Of a stretch of 64,000 nt of DNA, positions 12,946 through 21,299 are shown one piece after another (the stretch's first letter is position 1; the number at the start of each line of letters is the position of its first letter). A program made the translations under genes and the position numbers. Under the pieces are notes generated by a model. That model saw nothing but the letters and a program-made list of their open reading frames with translations. It was not told where the DNA came from and did no database searches. The stretch is from assembly GCA_027485695.1 (NCBI GenBank), contig JAIXQO010000009.1, forward strand, positions 73,157-137,156, in the 5' to 3' direction. The DNA is from Pseudomonadota bacterium. GTDB lineage: Bacteria > Bdellovibrionota > UBA1018.

Positions 12946-13129
12946 GCGCGGGACTGCTTGGCGAATGGATCGCCTCGGATCCGCGCGACTGCCCCGTTTT
13001 GCCTGGCATGCAATCTGTAACGTCCTGGACTCAACGTCGCATGACTCTCAACGGGTGAATGAACTCTAGAACGTTCATGACCACCGAGACCTGCGCGCGT
13101 TCACTCAAAACCGAACCAGGAGAAAAATC

Positions 13130-13867
13130 ATGACTCATAATAATCGTTTCTCAAACTCTCATGACCGCAGAAAATCCCGCCCGTCGAATCGTCCGTTTGC
13201 GTCCCAGCAAGGCAATTTACACCGAGCCTCGATCGAAAATCATTCGTCCATTCCCGATCGAAACGACTATGAATCACGCCAATACGCAGCCGAGCCGCGA
13301 TTTTCGGATCATGACTACACTCGCGACTACAACCGTGATTCGAGTCGCAATGACGATCGAGACGCAGACACGAAATACAATATGAACGACTATGGGTCGA
13401 GCTACCTGCCTTCGAATTACGGACGCAATACCTCTGACTACGGTCACTGGACGAATCCAGATGATCGACGCCAGGAACAAAACCGCGAATCTAACTCTAG
13501 CGCCAGTCGCGCAAGTTTCGCAGGTCGCGGCCCCAAAGGCTACAAACGCGCCGACACCCGTATCGAAGAAGAAGTCTGCGATGCGCTCCTTCATGACCAC
13601 GTGATTGATGCCAGTGACATCGAAGTCACCGTCAAAGACGGCGTAGTGACGCTCTCCGGTCACGTACCAGAACGCCGCATGAAACGCCTCGCCGAAGACT
13701 GCGCCGAGCAGGTCTCGGGCGTCAATGACGTACTCAACGAACTACTGACGAAATCAGAGACGAGTTCAGATCAAACTCACAACTCGAATCTCGAGCGCGG
13801 CAAAATGGGAGCGATGAACTCGAGCCAAAAATCGAAAACGGGCACCCAGAGTTCAAACGTGATGTAA
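13130..13867 (+). CDS. BON-domain protein
   Basis: GRGPKGYKRADTRIEEEVCDALLHD..IDASDIEVTVKDGVVTLSGHV...AEQVSGVNDVLNEL. RBS AGGAG. Confidence 0.92.
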   Translation: MTHNNRFSNSHDRRKSRPSNRPFASQQGNLHRASIENHSSIPDRNDYESRQYAAEPRFSDHDYTRDYNRDSSRNDDRDADTKYNMNDYGSSYLPSNYGRNTSDYGHWTNPDDRRQEQNRESNSSASRASFAGRGPKGYKRADTRIEEEVCDALLHDHVIDASDIEVTVKDGVVTLSGHVPERRMKRLAEDCAEQVSGVNDVLNELLTKSETSSDQTHNSNLERGKMGAMNSSQKSKTGTQSSNVM

Positions 13868-13889
13868 GCCATTTCCCTCAAGGCTTACC

Positions 13890-13925
13890 GAGGGCTAGCT
13901 CGCGAGGCTGGCCCTCTGTTTTTTT
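13890..13925 (+). terminator. Rho-independent terminator
   Basis: GAGGGCTAGC-TCGCGAG-GCTGGCCCTC followed by TGTTTTTTT. Confidence 0.8.
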
Positions 13926-13951
13926 CACTGCTTTTTTTTACTCCTCTTTCA

Positions 13952-14848
13952 CTACTCTCGACGCTGTCCCTCCCAGAAGACGGGCAATAGACGCGGATAT
14001 CCCGCCTGCTCAAGCGCGCGCGTAATTTGGCTGTCGATTGCGAACTGACTTAAATTCTCCTCGCGCCCACCGACCAAAGTCATCGTGTAGACACGATTCT
14101 CATGTCCGTCTTGCAAAATGATCTGACGATCGATGCGCTCGATTTCGGTTACTCGGTAAAACTGATGATTCTTACCGCCGTACGGGTGGTGGATTTCGAG
14201 TCCGGATGATGAAAACCGCAAATAAGGAATAAACATCAAGTAGTAGAGGAACGCCGCAAACGCGATGTATCCCAAGATCAAGACGGCGATGATTTTTGAT
14301 TCGTGACGCTTGAAAAAACTCGTGTCCGCCAGCGCGAGCGCAATCTGCAACTCATGAGAATGTTGCGATCTCATTTTTAAGTGCGCGTCGTCGGCCCGTT
14401 TCACGTGACGACGATAGACTTCGGCGTAGATGCCTTTTTCGGCAATCTGAGTTTTTGACCACCAGTTGGCCAGGCCATACATGAGCGGGAGCGCGAATAT
14501 CAGAAGAAACGGCAGGCGAATCCATTCGTTCATCCGGATCACTACGCCAGATCCCGTCACCTCAAATCCGGGTGCGAGCGTGAACCATGTGACCCCTAGT
14601 AACGCCGTCGACAAGAGCGCCAAGATCCAGCGGTAGCGTCTGAGCTGACCCAAGAATCGCTCGAGCTCAGCCTGCGAGACCACTTCATCGAGTTCGGGAG
14701 CTGAGAGAGACGACTCCGGATCGGGCTGTGGTCCCCTCAATCGACGACCGGACCTCCAAGCGCCCAGGGCAAACGCGATTGTCGCCAAGACCAGACTCGT
14801 GAGGATGGGACGAGAAAAGTCAGACCAGGTAATTTTGGACAGAAACAT
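13952..14848 (-). CDS. Hypothetical membrane protein
   Basis: 298 aa with four hydrophobic segments. No recognised family. Confidence 0.75.
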   Translation of the reverse strand: MFLSKITWSDFSRPILTSLVLATIAFALGAWRSGRRLRGPQPDPESSLSAPELDEVVSQAELERFLGQLRRYRWILALLSTALLGVTWFTLAPGFEVTGSGVVIRMNEWIRLPFLLIFALPLMYGLANWWSKTQIAEKGIYAEVYRRHVKRADDAHLKMRSQHSHELQIALALADTSFFKRHESKIIAVLILGYIAFAAFLYYLMFIPYLRFSSSGLEIHHPYGGKNHQFYRVTEIERIDRQIILQDGHENRVYTMTLVGGREENLSQFAIDSQITRALEQAGYPRLLPVFWEGQRRE

Positions 14849-14955
14849 GACTTAAGCTTACTGGAAACCTGCCCACCTGCACGCGAAAATACTAGCGCGA
14901 GACGAGCCAGACTCATCAGAGCCATCACTCGTTCGTCTCATGATATGTGCTAGGA

Positions 14956-15822
14956 CTACTCAGGAATGGCGTTCTTGGGATCGTAGTCGCCCAGCTCATC
15001 CGGCAAGGACTCACAACGACGACGGTAGGTATCGGCGTCCGCAAGTTTTAACTGATCTTCGTCAAAAATGGCGAGTGCAAGTAGGTCCCCCAAGATCGCC
15101 GAAGACTCGACCACAAATCGATGCTTGTCTCCGCACCACCGAAACGCGATAGAGATTTCTTCAATGACGTCAGACTTACTCGATTTTTTGACCGAGTGCC
15201 GAAGCGGCCATTTCTGCTGAAAATAACCCCAGTAATCCAGACTGATTTGTGTGTTCCGTCCCACTCGAAACGACTTGGCCCAAACATAGAGTGCCAATTC
15301 GATTTCCTGTTTCGGGCGGCCGGAGATTTTAGCGATGTATCCAACGCGAGACGCAAGGACCTGCGGCAGGCCAGTTGCGGTAGGCGTTTTCTCCTGCTCT
15401 AGACTCCAGGCTCTGATTTCAGCAAGCAGGTTCACCACCCGCTTGAAATCCGGCTGAACGTCCCGGTGAGCAGAGACCGCACCCACGCCATATTTTGACA
15501 AGAAACGTTGATCAACCTGGAGGCTCGGAGCATTGCAAACATTCAACTGGCGGTGACACTGAACGAGCTCTTGAGGCAAGTTCTCGGGTTTGGGATGGCA
15601 GAACGCTTGGTAGATCGCCTGACATGCCTCTAACTCATTTCGATCGCGGTAGCGCTGAGCCTGCATATCGCCATAGTTGCGCTCGCGGATATACGATCCC
15701 CCCGGCTCGTAGGGCTCGCTGTTCTGCCCCCAACGTTTAGAACTCGATTCGGCGGCAGGCTTGACTTGAGCGTTGACCAGGCCAGTAACCAGAAGACAAA
15801 TGAGCATAACGACACGCATCAT
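14956..15822 (-). CDS. Hypothetical secreted protein
   Basis: Signal peptide MMRVVMLICLLVTGLVNA. 288 aa. Confidence 0.7.
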   Translation of the reverse strand: MMRVVMLICLLVTGLVNAQVKPAAESSSKRWGQNSEPYEPGGSYIRERNYGDMQAQRYRDRNELEACQAIYQAFCHPKPENLPQELVQCHRQLNVCNAPSLQVDQRFLSKYGVGAVSAHRDVQPDFKRVVNLLAEIRAWSLEQEKTPTATGLPQVLASRVGYIAKISGRPKQEIELALYVWAKSFRVGRNTQISLDYWGYFQQKWPLRHSVKKSSKSDVIEEISIAFRWCGDKHRFVVESSAILGDLLALAIFDEDQLKLADADTYRRRCESLPDELGDYDPKNAIPE

Positions 15823-15927
15823 GGCGTCGGAGTCTAGGGGATGGAATGGCTTTTGTAAATACCCTTTAAATACAAATACCTATCCTCAACCCCTTTTGAA
15901 CTAAATCCCCCTAAACCCCCGTATTTG

Positions 15928-15936
15928 TGTTAGAAT
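15928..15936 (+). promoter_or_regulatory. Extended -10 promoter element of ssrA
   Basis: TGtTAGAAT lies 8 nt upstream of the mature tmRNA 5' end. Confidence 0.5.
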
Positions 15937-15944
15937 CTCCCCAT

Positions 15945-16295
15945 GGGGACGTCATGGCTTCGACAGGAGTCTTGAAATTCTTGATGCAAGCCGAGGTGCT
16001 GGAGGCCTCGTAAATAACCAGCTGCTTATAGTTGCAAACGATAACTATGCAATGGCTGCTTAATATAAGCTAGCTACGTTCAACCTCAAGTGCCCCCGGT
16101 TGGGGATTGAACGTCATTTAGGGGGCTAGCGGTTCATCTCTCATTGGTGGGTGAATCGCGAAATAACTGCCAATGGTGTCTTGCAGTAGCCGGCTCACGG
16201 GGCGCCTGAAAGACAAACTAAACCTGAGAGCTAAGCTTGTAGAGTTGCGGATGGATGGCTTTTGGACGTGGGTTCGATTCCCACCGTCTCCACCA
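15945..16295 (+). ncRNA. ssrA: tmRNA; tag peptide ANDNYAMAA* at 16034-16063
   Basis: 5' GGGGACG pairs with 3' CGTCTCC-ACCA including the G3:U alanine determinant. T-arm GTGGG-TTCGATT-CCCAC. Tag reading frame is present. Confidence 0.98.
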
Positions 16296-16304
16296 TTTTT
16301 AGAT

Positions 16305-16350
16305 AAAAGCAAAAGGCTCTGGACCGAAAGGTTCAGGGCCTTTTGCTTTT
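16305..16350 (+). terminator. ssrA terminator
   Basis: AAAAGCAAAAGGC..GGACC-GAAA-GGTTC..GCCTTTTGCTTTT hairpin. Confidence 0.85.
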
Positions 16351-16361
16351 GTTTGGATTGC

Positions 16362-16524
16362 TGCAGGCGGCGGGAATCGAACCGTGCAGGATCGGCCGCG
16401 GGGAATCGCAAAGCGATTTCGCGCGGAGAGGCGCACACGATGTGCGACTCAGATCCGGAACCCGCGACGGAGCTTTTCGCGTGAAGCGAAAAGCGCGAGG
16501 AGTCGATTCCCACCGTCTCCACCA
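16362..16524. repeat. Structured repeat bounded by inverted copies of the tmRNA 3' end
   Basis: Left arm TGCAGGCGGCGGGAATCGA (16362-16380) is 16/19 complementary to the right arm. The right arm 16503-16524 is an exact 22-nt copy of tmRNA 16274-16295. Three internal hairpins. Confidence 0.9.
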
Positions 16525-16529
16525 CTTTA

Positions 16530-16574
16530 AAAACAAAAACCCTCGGACCGAAAGGTTCGGGGGTTTTTGTTTTT
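16530..16574 (+). terminator. Second copy of the ssrA-type terminator
   Basis: AAAACAAAAACCCTCGGACC-GAAA-GGTTCGGGGGTTTTTGTTTT. Same GGACCGAAAGGTTC core as 16321-16334. Confidence 0.8.
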
Positions 16575-16576
16575 GG

Positions 16577-16622
16577 GGTGTTGATACCGAGGGAATCGAA
16601 CCGTGCAGGATCGGCTGCGGGG
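16577..16622. repeat. Second inverted T-arm copy plus truncated linker
   Basis: GGGAATCGAACCGTGCAGGATCGGC is identical to 16372-16396. Similarity stops at 16622. Confidence 0.85.
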
Positions 16623-16641
16623 GTTAAATTCTCTGAATCGA

Positions 16642-16663
16642 TGTGCAACGAATGTGCGGTTAC
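16642..16663 (+). repeat. 22-nt direct repeat, left flank of cargo gene
   Basis: TGTGCAACGAATGTGCGGTTAC versus TGTGCAACGAATGCGCGGTTAC at 17645-17666 (21/22). Confidence 0.85.
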
Positions 16664-16733
16664 ACGAAACACTTTAGCATATGCCTTGGTTCGAAAACTT
16701 TAGCTTGCGCCCGATTCATTATAAAGTTTGAGC

Positions 16734-17639
16734 ATGGGGACTTGGGGAACTCAAATAACGGAAAACGACACTTTCGCCGACGTTTATTCGACGTACTTTG
16801 ACTATTATGACGATGGTCTCGACGAAAGCATCCTCGTAAAGCAACTCGATCGTGATTTTCAGGAAGTATTAGACCACCCCGGTGACGCCCATAACTTCTG
16901 GTTCGCCGTCGCGGCCGCGCAATGGGAGTGTGGGCAACTCCGCTCTAATACACTGGAAAAAGTACAAAAGATTATCGAATCTGATGAACATCTCGCGAAC
17001 TGGAAAGATCTAGGAGCGTCATCTGACGAGCTTGAGGACAGGAAGTCCGCTTTATCGAATTTTCTCAGTAAGCTTCAGTCTAAAAATAGCCGCCCCCGTA
17101 AGCGAAAGAAGAAAACACTTTACGATTCCGTCTTCAAAAAAGGTGATTGTCTCGCATATCGAATGGCTGGTGGAAGATTTGGAGGTCTTTTCGTTTTAGA
17201 AGAAGAGCAAGCAACAAAGACTGGTTACAATTTAGTTGCATTGACTACGATAGAGAAGGAATCCGCACCTACGATTGATGACTTCAAAACCGCCTATGTC
17301 TTCGTTCAGCGTATAAAACAACACTTTGATGTAAACCTAGAGGGACAAAAGCTTTCAAGCAGTCGAGAGGTATGGAGAGAGCGCCCTTTAGTTGGCTGGG
17401 CAGGCGTAAGCACATTCACGCCTAAAGAAATTGAAATACAAAAGGTCGGAACTCTTCCGGTTAATAAAAATTATTCCTCTCAGTATCACGACTTCATGCA
17501 TATGAGATGGGATAGCTTCCTTTCTGCTCTTGCCGAGCGACAAATTAATAGCACTTCAAACCCTAAAACGAAGCTTAGAGACTGGAGATTGAATAAGAGA
17601 TGGCGTTCATTGGCCGATTGGTTTGGTTTAAAGCGCTGA
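16734..17639 (+). CDS. DUF4259-like N-terminus hypothetical protein (AT-rich cargo gene)
   Basis: MGTWGTQITENDTFADV...FWFAVAAAQWECG N-terminus. Visibly AT-richer than secA. Confidence 0.8.
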   Translation: MGTWGTQITENDTFADVYSTYFDYYDDGLDESILVKQLDRDFQEVLDHPGDAHNFWFAVAAAQWECGQLRSNTLEKVQKIIESDEHLANWKDLGASSDELEDRKSALSNFLSKLQSKNSRPRKRKKKTLYDSVFKKGDCLAYRMAGGRFGGLFVLEEEQATKTGYNLVALTTIEKESAPTIDDFKTAYVFVQRIKQHFDVNLEGQKLSSSREVWRERPLVGWAGVSTFTPKEIEIQKVGTLPVNKNYSSQYHDFMHMRWDSFLSALAERQINSTSNPKTKLRDWRLNKRWRSLADWFGLKR

Positions 17640-17644
17640 ATTGC

Positions 17645-17772
17645 TGTGCAACGAATGCGCGGTTACCTGTTCAGCGTGCCGAGTGGGCATAAATAAAGTC
17701 GCAACTACTCGCGATTGAAGAAGCTGGAGAGTCCCTGGACGGGCGTACGAACGCTCGAACAGGAATTATATG
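17645..17772. repeat. Right-flank direct repeat starting an imperfect attC-like hairpin
   Basis: CCTGTTC-AGCGT (17666-17677) pairs with ACGCTCGAACAGG (17751-17763) with one bulged base. Confidence 0.5.
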
Positions 17773-17800
17773 TGCGAAGACTTCATTTACTCTACTTGGA

Positions 17801-17856
17801 GCGAAAGGTTCGGCGCATTTTGTTTTTATGGTGTTGATACTGAGGGAATCGAACCG
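17801..17856. repeat. Eroded terminator plus inverted T-arm copy
   Basis: GGTGTTGATACTGAGGGAATCGAACCG (17830-17856) matches 16577-16603 at 26/27. Preceded by CGAAAGGTTCGG. Confidence 0.85.
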
Positions 17857-17963
17857 CGCTAGGTCACGCTTGATGCCACTTTGAATCCCCCAGCCAGGCT
17901 ATGATCAAAATCTGTCGCTCCCAATCCCCTCGGTCGAATTGCCCCCTTACCCATCAAAATGCA

Positions 17964-17980
17964 TTGGATGCAAAATTGCA
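17964..17980 (+). promoter_or_regulatory. Possible sigma-54-like -24/-12 element
   Basis: TTGGATGCAAAATTGCA has GG-N10-GC spacing and lies upstream of the host-attachment gene. Confidence 0.35.
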
Positions 17981-18051
17981 GGTCTTTGATAGGCGAGTCT
18001 TATTTATTGAAACCGTTCTGAGCTTTAGAGACCAAACAGGAGGTACATACG

Positions 18052-18489
18052 ATGAACTCGAAATTAACCTGGTTACTAGTAGCCCAAAGAGCGGAAGCAC
18101 GGGTGTACGAAATTGAAAACTCTAAATCCCTGAAACTCATTCACGACTTCGACCACCCAAGCGGACGAAAGAAAGATCATGAACTGGGATCCGATAGCCC
18201 AGGCCGGAGCTTTAGCTCCGCTGGCTCCAGTCGCCATAGTTACACCCAGGAAAACGGGCCGTCTGACCAAATTACCATCGAATTTTCAAAGGAGATTGCC
18301 AATTTTCTCGAAAAGGCGCGAAGTGAAAATCGATTTGAAGCACTCATGATTATCTCGGGACCGAGCTTTCTAGGGAACTTACGAAATGACATGACCTCAG
18401 ATACTCGTGATCTCGTCACTTCAGAAATAAGTAAAAACTTAGGCGGTTTTTCTGCGCACGAACTCAACGATTACATTAATAAAAACTGA
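18052..18489 (+). CDS. Host attachment protein (AtsE/baeRF12-like) family
   Basis: TWLLVAQRAEARVY...SDSPGRSFSS...FSKEIANFLEKAR..FEALMIISGPSFLGNLR. RBS AGGAGG. Confidence 0.88.
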   Translation: MNSKLTWLLVAQRAEARVYEIENSKSLKLIHDFDHPSGRKKDHELGSDSPGRSFSSAGSSRHSYTQENGPSDQITIEFSKEIANFLEKARSENRFEALMIISGPSFLGNLRNDMTSDTRDLVTSEISKNLGGFSAHELNDYINKN

Positions 18490-18540
18490 ATGATGTTTTC
18501 AATCGTGCCTCAAAGGAATTTGAGAATTCGACACAGGTTT

Positions 18541-18660
18541 AGGAATCGCAAAGCAAATTCGCGCCGAGAGGCGCATACGATGTGCGACTCAGATCCAGAA
18601 CCCGCGACTGAACTTTTGCCGGGAAGGCAAAGGCGTATGGATTAGATTCACGGCGTCCCA
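18541..18660. repeat. Second copy of the structured linker
   Basis: Colinear with 16401-16520, including GAATCGCAAAGC, CGATGTGCGACTCAGATCC and AACCCGCGAC. Ends in a degenerate tmRNA-end-like sequence. Confidence 0.9.
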
Positions 18661-18769
18661 ATTATTCACACAATATTCTATCCATTCAATTCCTTAGAAC
18701 GTTTCTGTTATTGGCTTTTTTGCGTGATACGATAGGGCTCTTGGGACTTTCTAAAGACTAGGAGTTTGA

Positions 18770-18865
18770 ATGGGTTTCAAAATTAAGGAGTTCGCAACGG
18801 TACGCCTGATTTCAAAAGACGTAGCGAAGAGTCGTGATTGGCTACGAATCTCCACTCTAAATTAG
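18770..18865 (+). pseudogene. Truncated N-terminal fragment of a VOC/glyoxalase-like gene
   Basis: RBS AGGAG plus MGFKIKEFATVRLISKDVAKSRDW, then an early stop. Confidence 0.45.
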
Positions 18866-19061
18866 AGCTTTTGGAAACTGCCCCAATTCAATAACTTCTT
18901 CAGTAATCAAATCTCAGCTCGCGTTGCTTAAACAAAGCTCTTAAACTCGTACCGAGATACGAATCCAAACAGAAGCTCCATTAATCGCCTTCTGCGAAAT
19001 GGTACCTACCAACCACGATCTATACCCTAGCCACAACCCCCCCCTCAGGTACCATCAAATC

Positions 19062-20150
19062 ATGCAGCTCTCCCGAACCCGCGCTTACTATGATCGAAAC
19101 CGAAGATGGATCCCCCCCGCGTTCTTCATTTTAGGCTTCGTCTTCGACGCCGTAACGCTCCAGCGCATCGACGAACTCTGGACCATCCTCCAGCAGGCTG
19201 CCTACCTCATCATCGTAGCTAGCCTGACTGGACTTGAGATCGTCGAATCGGCGCGCGAAGTACAGCCTCATCGTTTCATTCGCAAAATTTGGCAGTATCG
19301 CGAGGCGGCGATCCCGTTTTTTCTAGGCGCACTCTTAAACTGCTACGCGCTGTTCTTTTTTAAGAGTGCATCGTCGCTGACTTCTTTCGTCTTCATCACG
19401 GTCATCGGGATGCTTCTAGTCCTTCAGGAATTCAAGAAATTCGGAGCCGCTCAGACGCGGATTCACATGGCACTCCTGGGCCTCTGCCTGATTTCTTTTT
19501 TCGAGGTACTCTCCCCCATACTTTTCGGCTCAATCGGAATCATCCCGTTCGTCTGCGGAATGGTGGCCTCACTCGGCGTATCTGCCCTCTACTACCGCGT
19601 GATCCTCAAGTGGCTCAACGTCGATGCCGTGCACGCGCGCTCACAAATGGCGCTCCCATTCCTCGTCGTCCACGGGCTTTTTGCCGCTTTGTACTTCGGT
19701 AACGCCATCCCACCCGTTCCGCTCTCGGTGACGTACATGGGAATCTACCACGACGTTCGTAAGATCGATGAAAAGTATGAGCTCAGTTACGAGCGCTCAC
19801 CGCTTCAGTTCTGGCAGAATGGAGACCAGACTTTTCGCGCCCGTCCAGGCGACGTCATCCACTGTTATGTCCAGATTTTCGCGCCCACCGGATTTACGGA
19901 GCAACTACAAGTCCGTTGGCTCTATCGCGACAGCCTCAGAGGCTGGAAGCCCGCCGACGGCATCTCGATGAATATTACTGGCGGACGAGACGGCGGTTTT
20001 CGTTTCGTTACGAAGAAAACCAACTACGAGCCTGGCGACTGGCGCGTACTCATCGAAACCCACGATGGTCGCGAGGTGGGATGGATCAGCCTAACGGTGG
20101 AGCCCGACGACTCCGTAGGCGAGCGAGCACTCACCACCGTTTCCCGCTGA
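19062..20150 (+). CDS. DUF2914-type membrane protein
   Basis: About seven TM segments, then IHCYVQIFAPTGFTEQLQVRW...ITGGRDGGFRFVTKKTNYEPGDWRVLIETHDGREVG. Confidence 0.85.
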   Translation: MQLSRTRAYYDRNRRWIPPAFFILGFVFDAVTLQRIDELWTILQQAAYLIIVASLTGLEIVESAREVQPHRFIRKIWQYREAAIPFFLGALLNCYALFFFKSASSLTSFVFITVIGMLLVLQEFKKFGAAQTRIHMALLGLCLISFFEVLSPILFGSIGIIPFVCGMVASLGVSALYYRVILKWLNVDAVHARSQMALPFLVVHGLFAALYFGNAIPPVPLSVTYMGIYHDVRKIDEKYELSYERSPLQFWQNGDQTFRARPGDVIHCYVQIFAPTGFTEQLQVRWLYRDSLRGWKPADGISMNITGGRDGGFRFVTKKTNYEPGDWRVLIETHDGREVGWISLTVEPDDSVGERALTTVSR

Positions 20151-20248
20151 TAGCTATTCAAACGATTCGTTCCCCCCCCTAGGCTCAGCACTCAAGCGTC
20201 ATAAAACAGACTGCGCGATCTCTACGCAGTTGATGTAAAATAAAAGGA

Positions 20249-21175
20249 ATGAAAAACGCTCTGAGGCGACAGAATCGATCTCTGCTCGCTGGACTGCTCT
20301 CGATTACTCTTCTGATCGCTCCGGCTCCAGGCTTTGCTCAAGATCCCAATCTCGACCCAACGGGGTGTGGCGCACTGATCGGCAAGATTGACCCCAATCC
20401 CCAAGATCGACTCGTCACCGAAGACGGAACCGTGATCCACCTCCGCGTAGAGGGCCAAACTCCAGCGCGAAAACGATTCAAAAACGAGGGAAAAGCCTTT
20501 GAAGAGGCCGGCCCAGACGACCTCGTCACTATCGAATGGTTTTATCACCCGTTCACGCCCTACAGCGGTACCAATGGATTTCGCATCGGACAAAAGATGT
20601 ACGCCTACGGCCAAGACGGTTGGAAAATTCACGAAGGAGACGGGGACGATGCTCGTGCGTATGTTTTCGCAAATAATTGGTTCAAAGGCTTGTATCTTCG
20701 CTACAGAAACATCGGAATGCCTCCGTTTTCTGTAGGGATCCCATTCCAAGTACCGAAATCAAAAGCGCTCGCCGCCGATAAATTGGTTCGTGACCGTATC
20801 GAGAGTCCCGGCCCTCCGTTTTCTATCCTCTTCAATAATTGCAGTCAGTGCGCCGTAGAGGTTTTTGCTGCGGCCGAACTTGCGAAATTCAACGGCGGCG
20901 CTTACGAAGCATTCTCTTCGTTTGCGAGCACGAGAGCCGTGTTGCTCCAAAACATGGGCTCAGGCGCTGTGATCTATCCTTTGACGGGATTCAATTTTTC
21001 TGTCCCAGAGCTTTTGCACATGTTTCCGCCGGGTCTCTACGGACCCATTACTCTACCCGAGGTGAAACGAGACGTCCGAATCACGGCCGAGCATATTTTG
21101 GGATCACTCTACGGCAAGTTCAAAAGACTCACGGGGCTTCAAATTCCAGCAAATTGGCGATTTAAGAGGAATTAA
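20249..21175 (+). CDS. Hypothetical secreted protein
   Basis: Signal peptide ending PGFA. Contains [11 protein letters not shown]. Confidence 0.75.
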   Translation: MKNALRRQNRSLLAGLLSITLLIAPAPGFAQDPNLDPTGCGALIGKIDPNPQDRLVTEDGTVIHLRVEGQTPARKRFKNEGKAFEEAGPDDLVTIEWFYHPFTPYSGTNGFRIGQKMYAYGQDGWKIHEGDGDDARAYVFANNWFKGLYLRYRNIGMPPFSVGIPFQVPKSKALAADKLVRDRIESPGPPFSILFNNCSQCAVEVFAAAELAKFNGGAYEAFSSFASTRAVLLQNMGSGAVIYPLTGFNFSVPELLHMFPPGLYGPITLPEVKRDVRITAEHILGSLYGKFKRLTGLQIPANWRFKRN

Positions 21176-21299
21176 TGCTCGCGCTGCGCTTCTTACCCCA
21201 AGCGCACATGGCATCTAAAATCGGCCTCAAACTTTTTCCAGAATCCGTGACTGAGTATTCTACACGAGGCGGGATTTCAGCAAACGCCAACCTCGAGGC

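Noticed and set aside
16118-16672. ORFs of 184, 103, 94 and 67 aa over the tmRNA and its trailer
   Set aside because: They overlap a structured RNA gene and palindromic repeats. Their internal peptide repeats simply reflect the DNA repeats.
16352-17856. Inverted GGTTCGATTCCC motifs as minus-strand tRNA genes
   Set aside because: Only T-arm and acceptor-like 3' parts are present. No D-arm, anticodon arm or matching 5' acceptor strand was found.
16274-18660. CRISPR array
   Set aside because: The repeats alternate in orientation, the linkers are conserved rather than unique, the spacing is irregular, and no cas genes are present.
19037-20179. C8 tracts on both sides of the DUF2914 gene as phase-variation sites
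   Set aside because: The tracts are short and intergenic, with no evidence of length variation from a single sequence.
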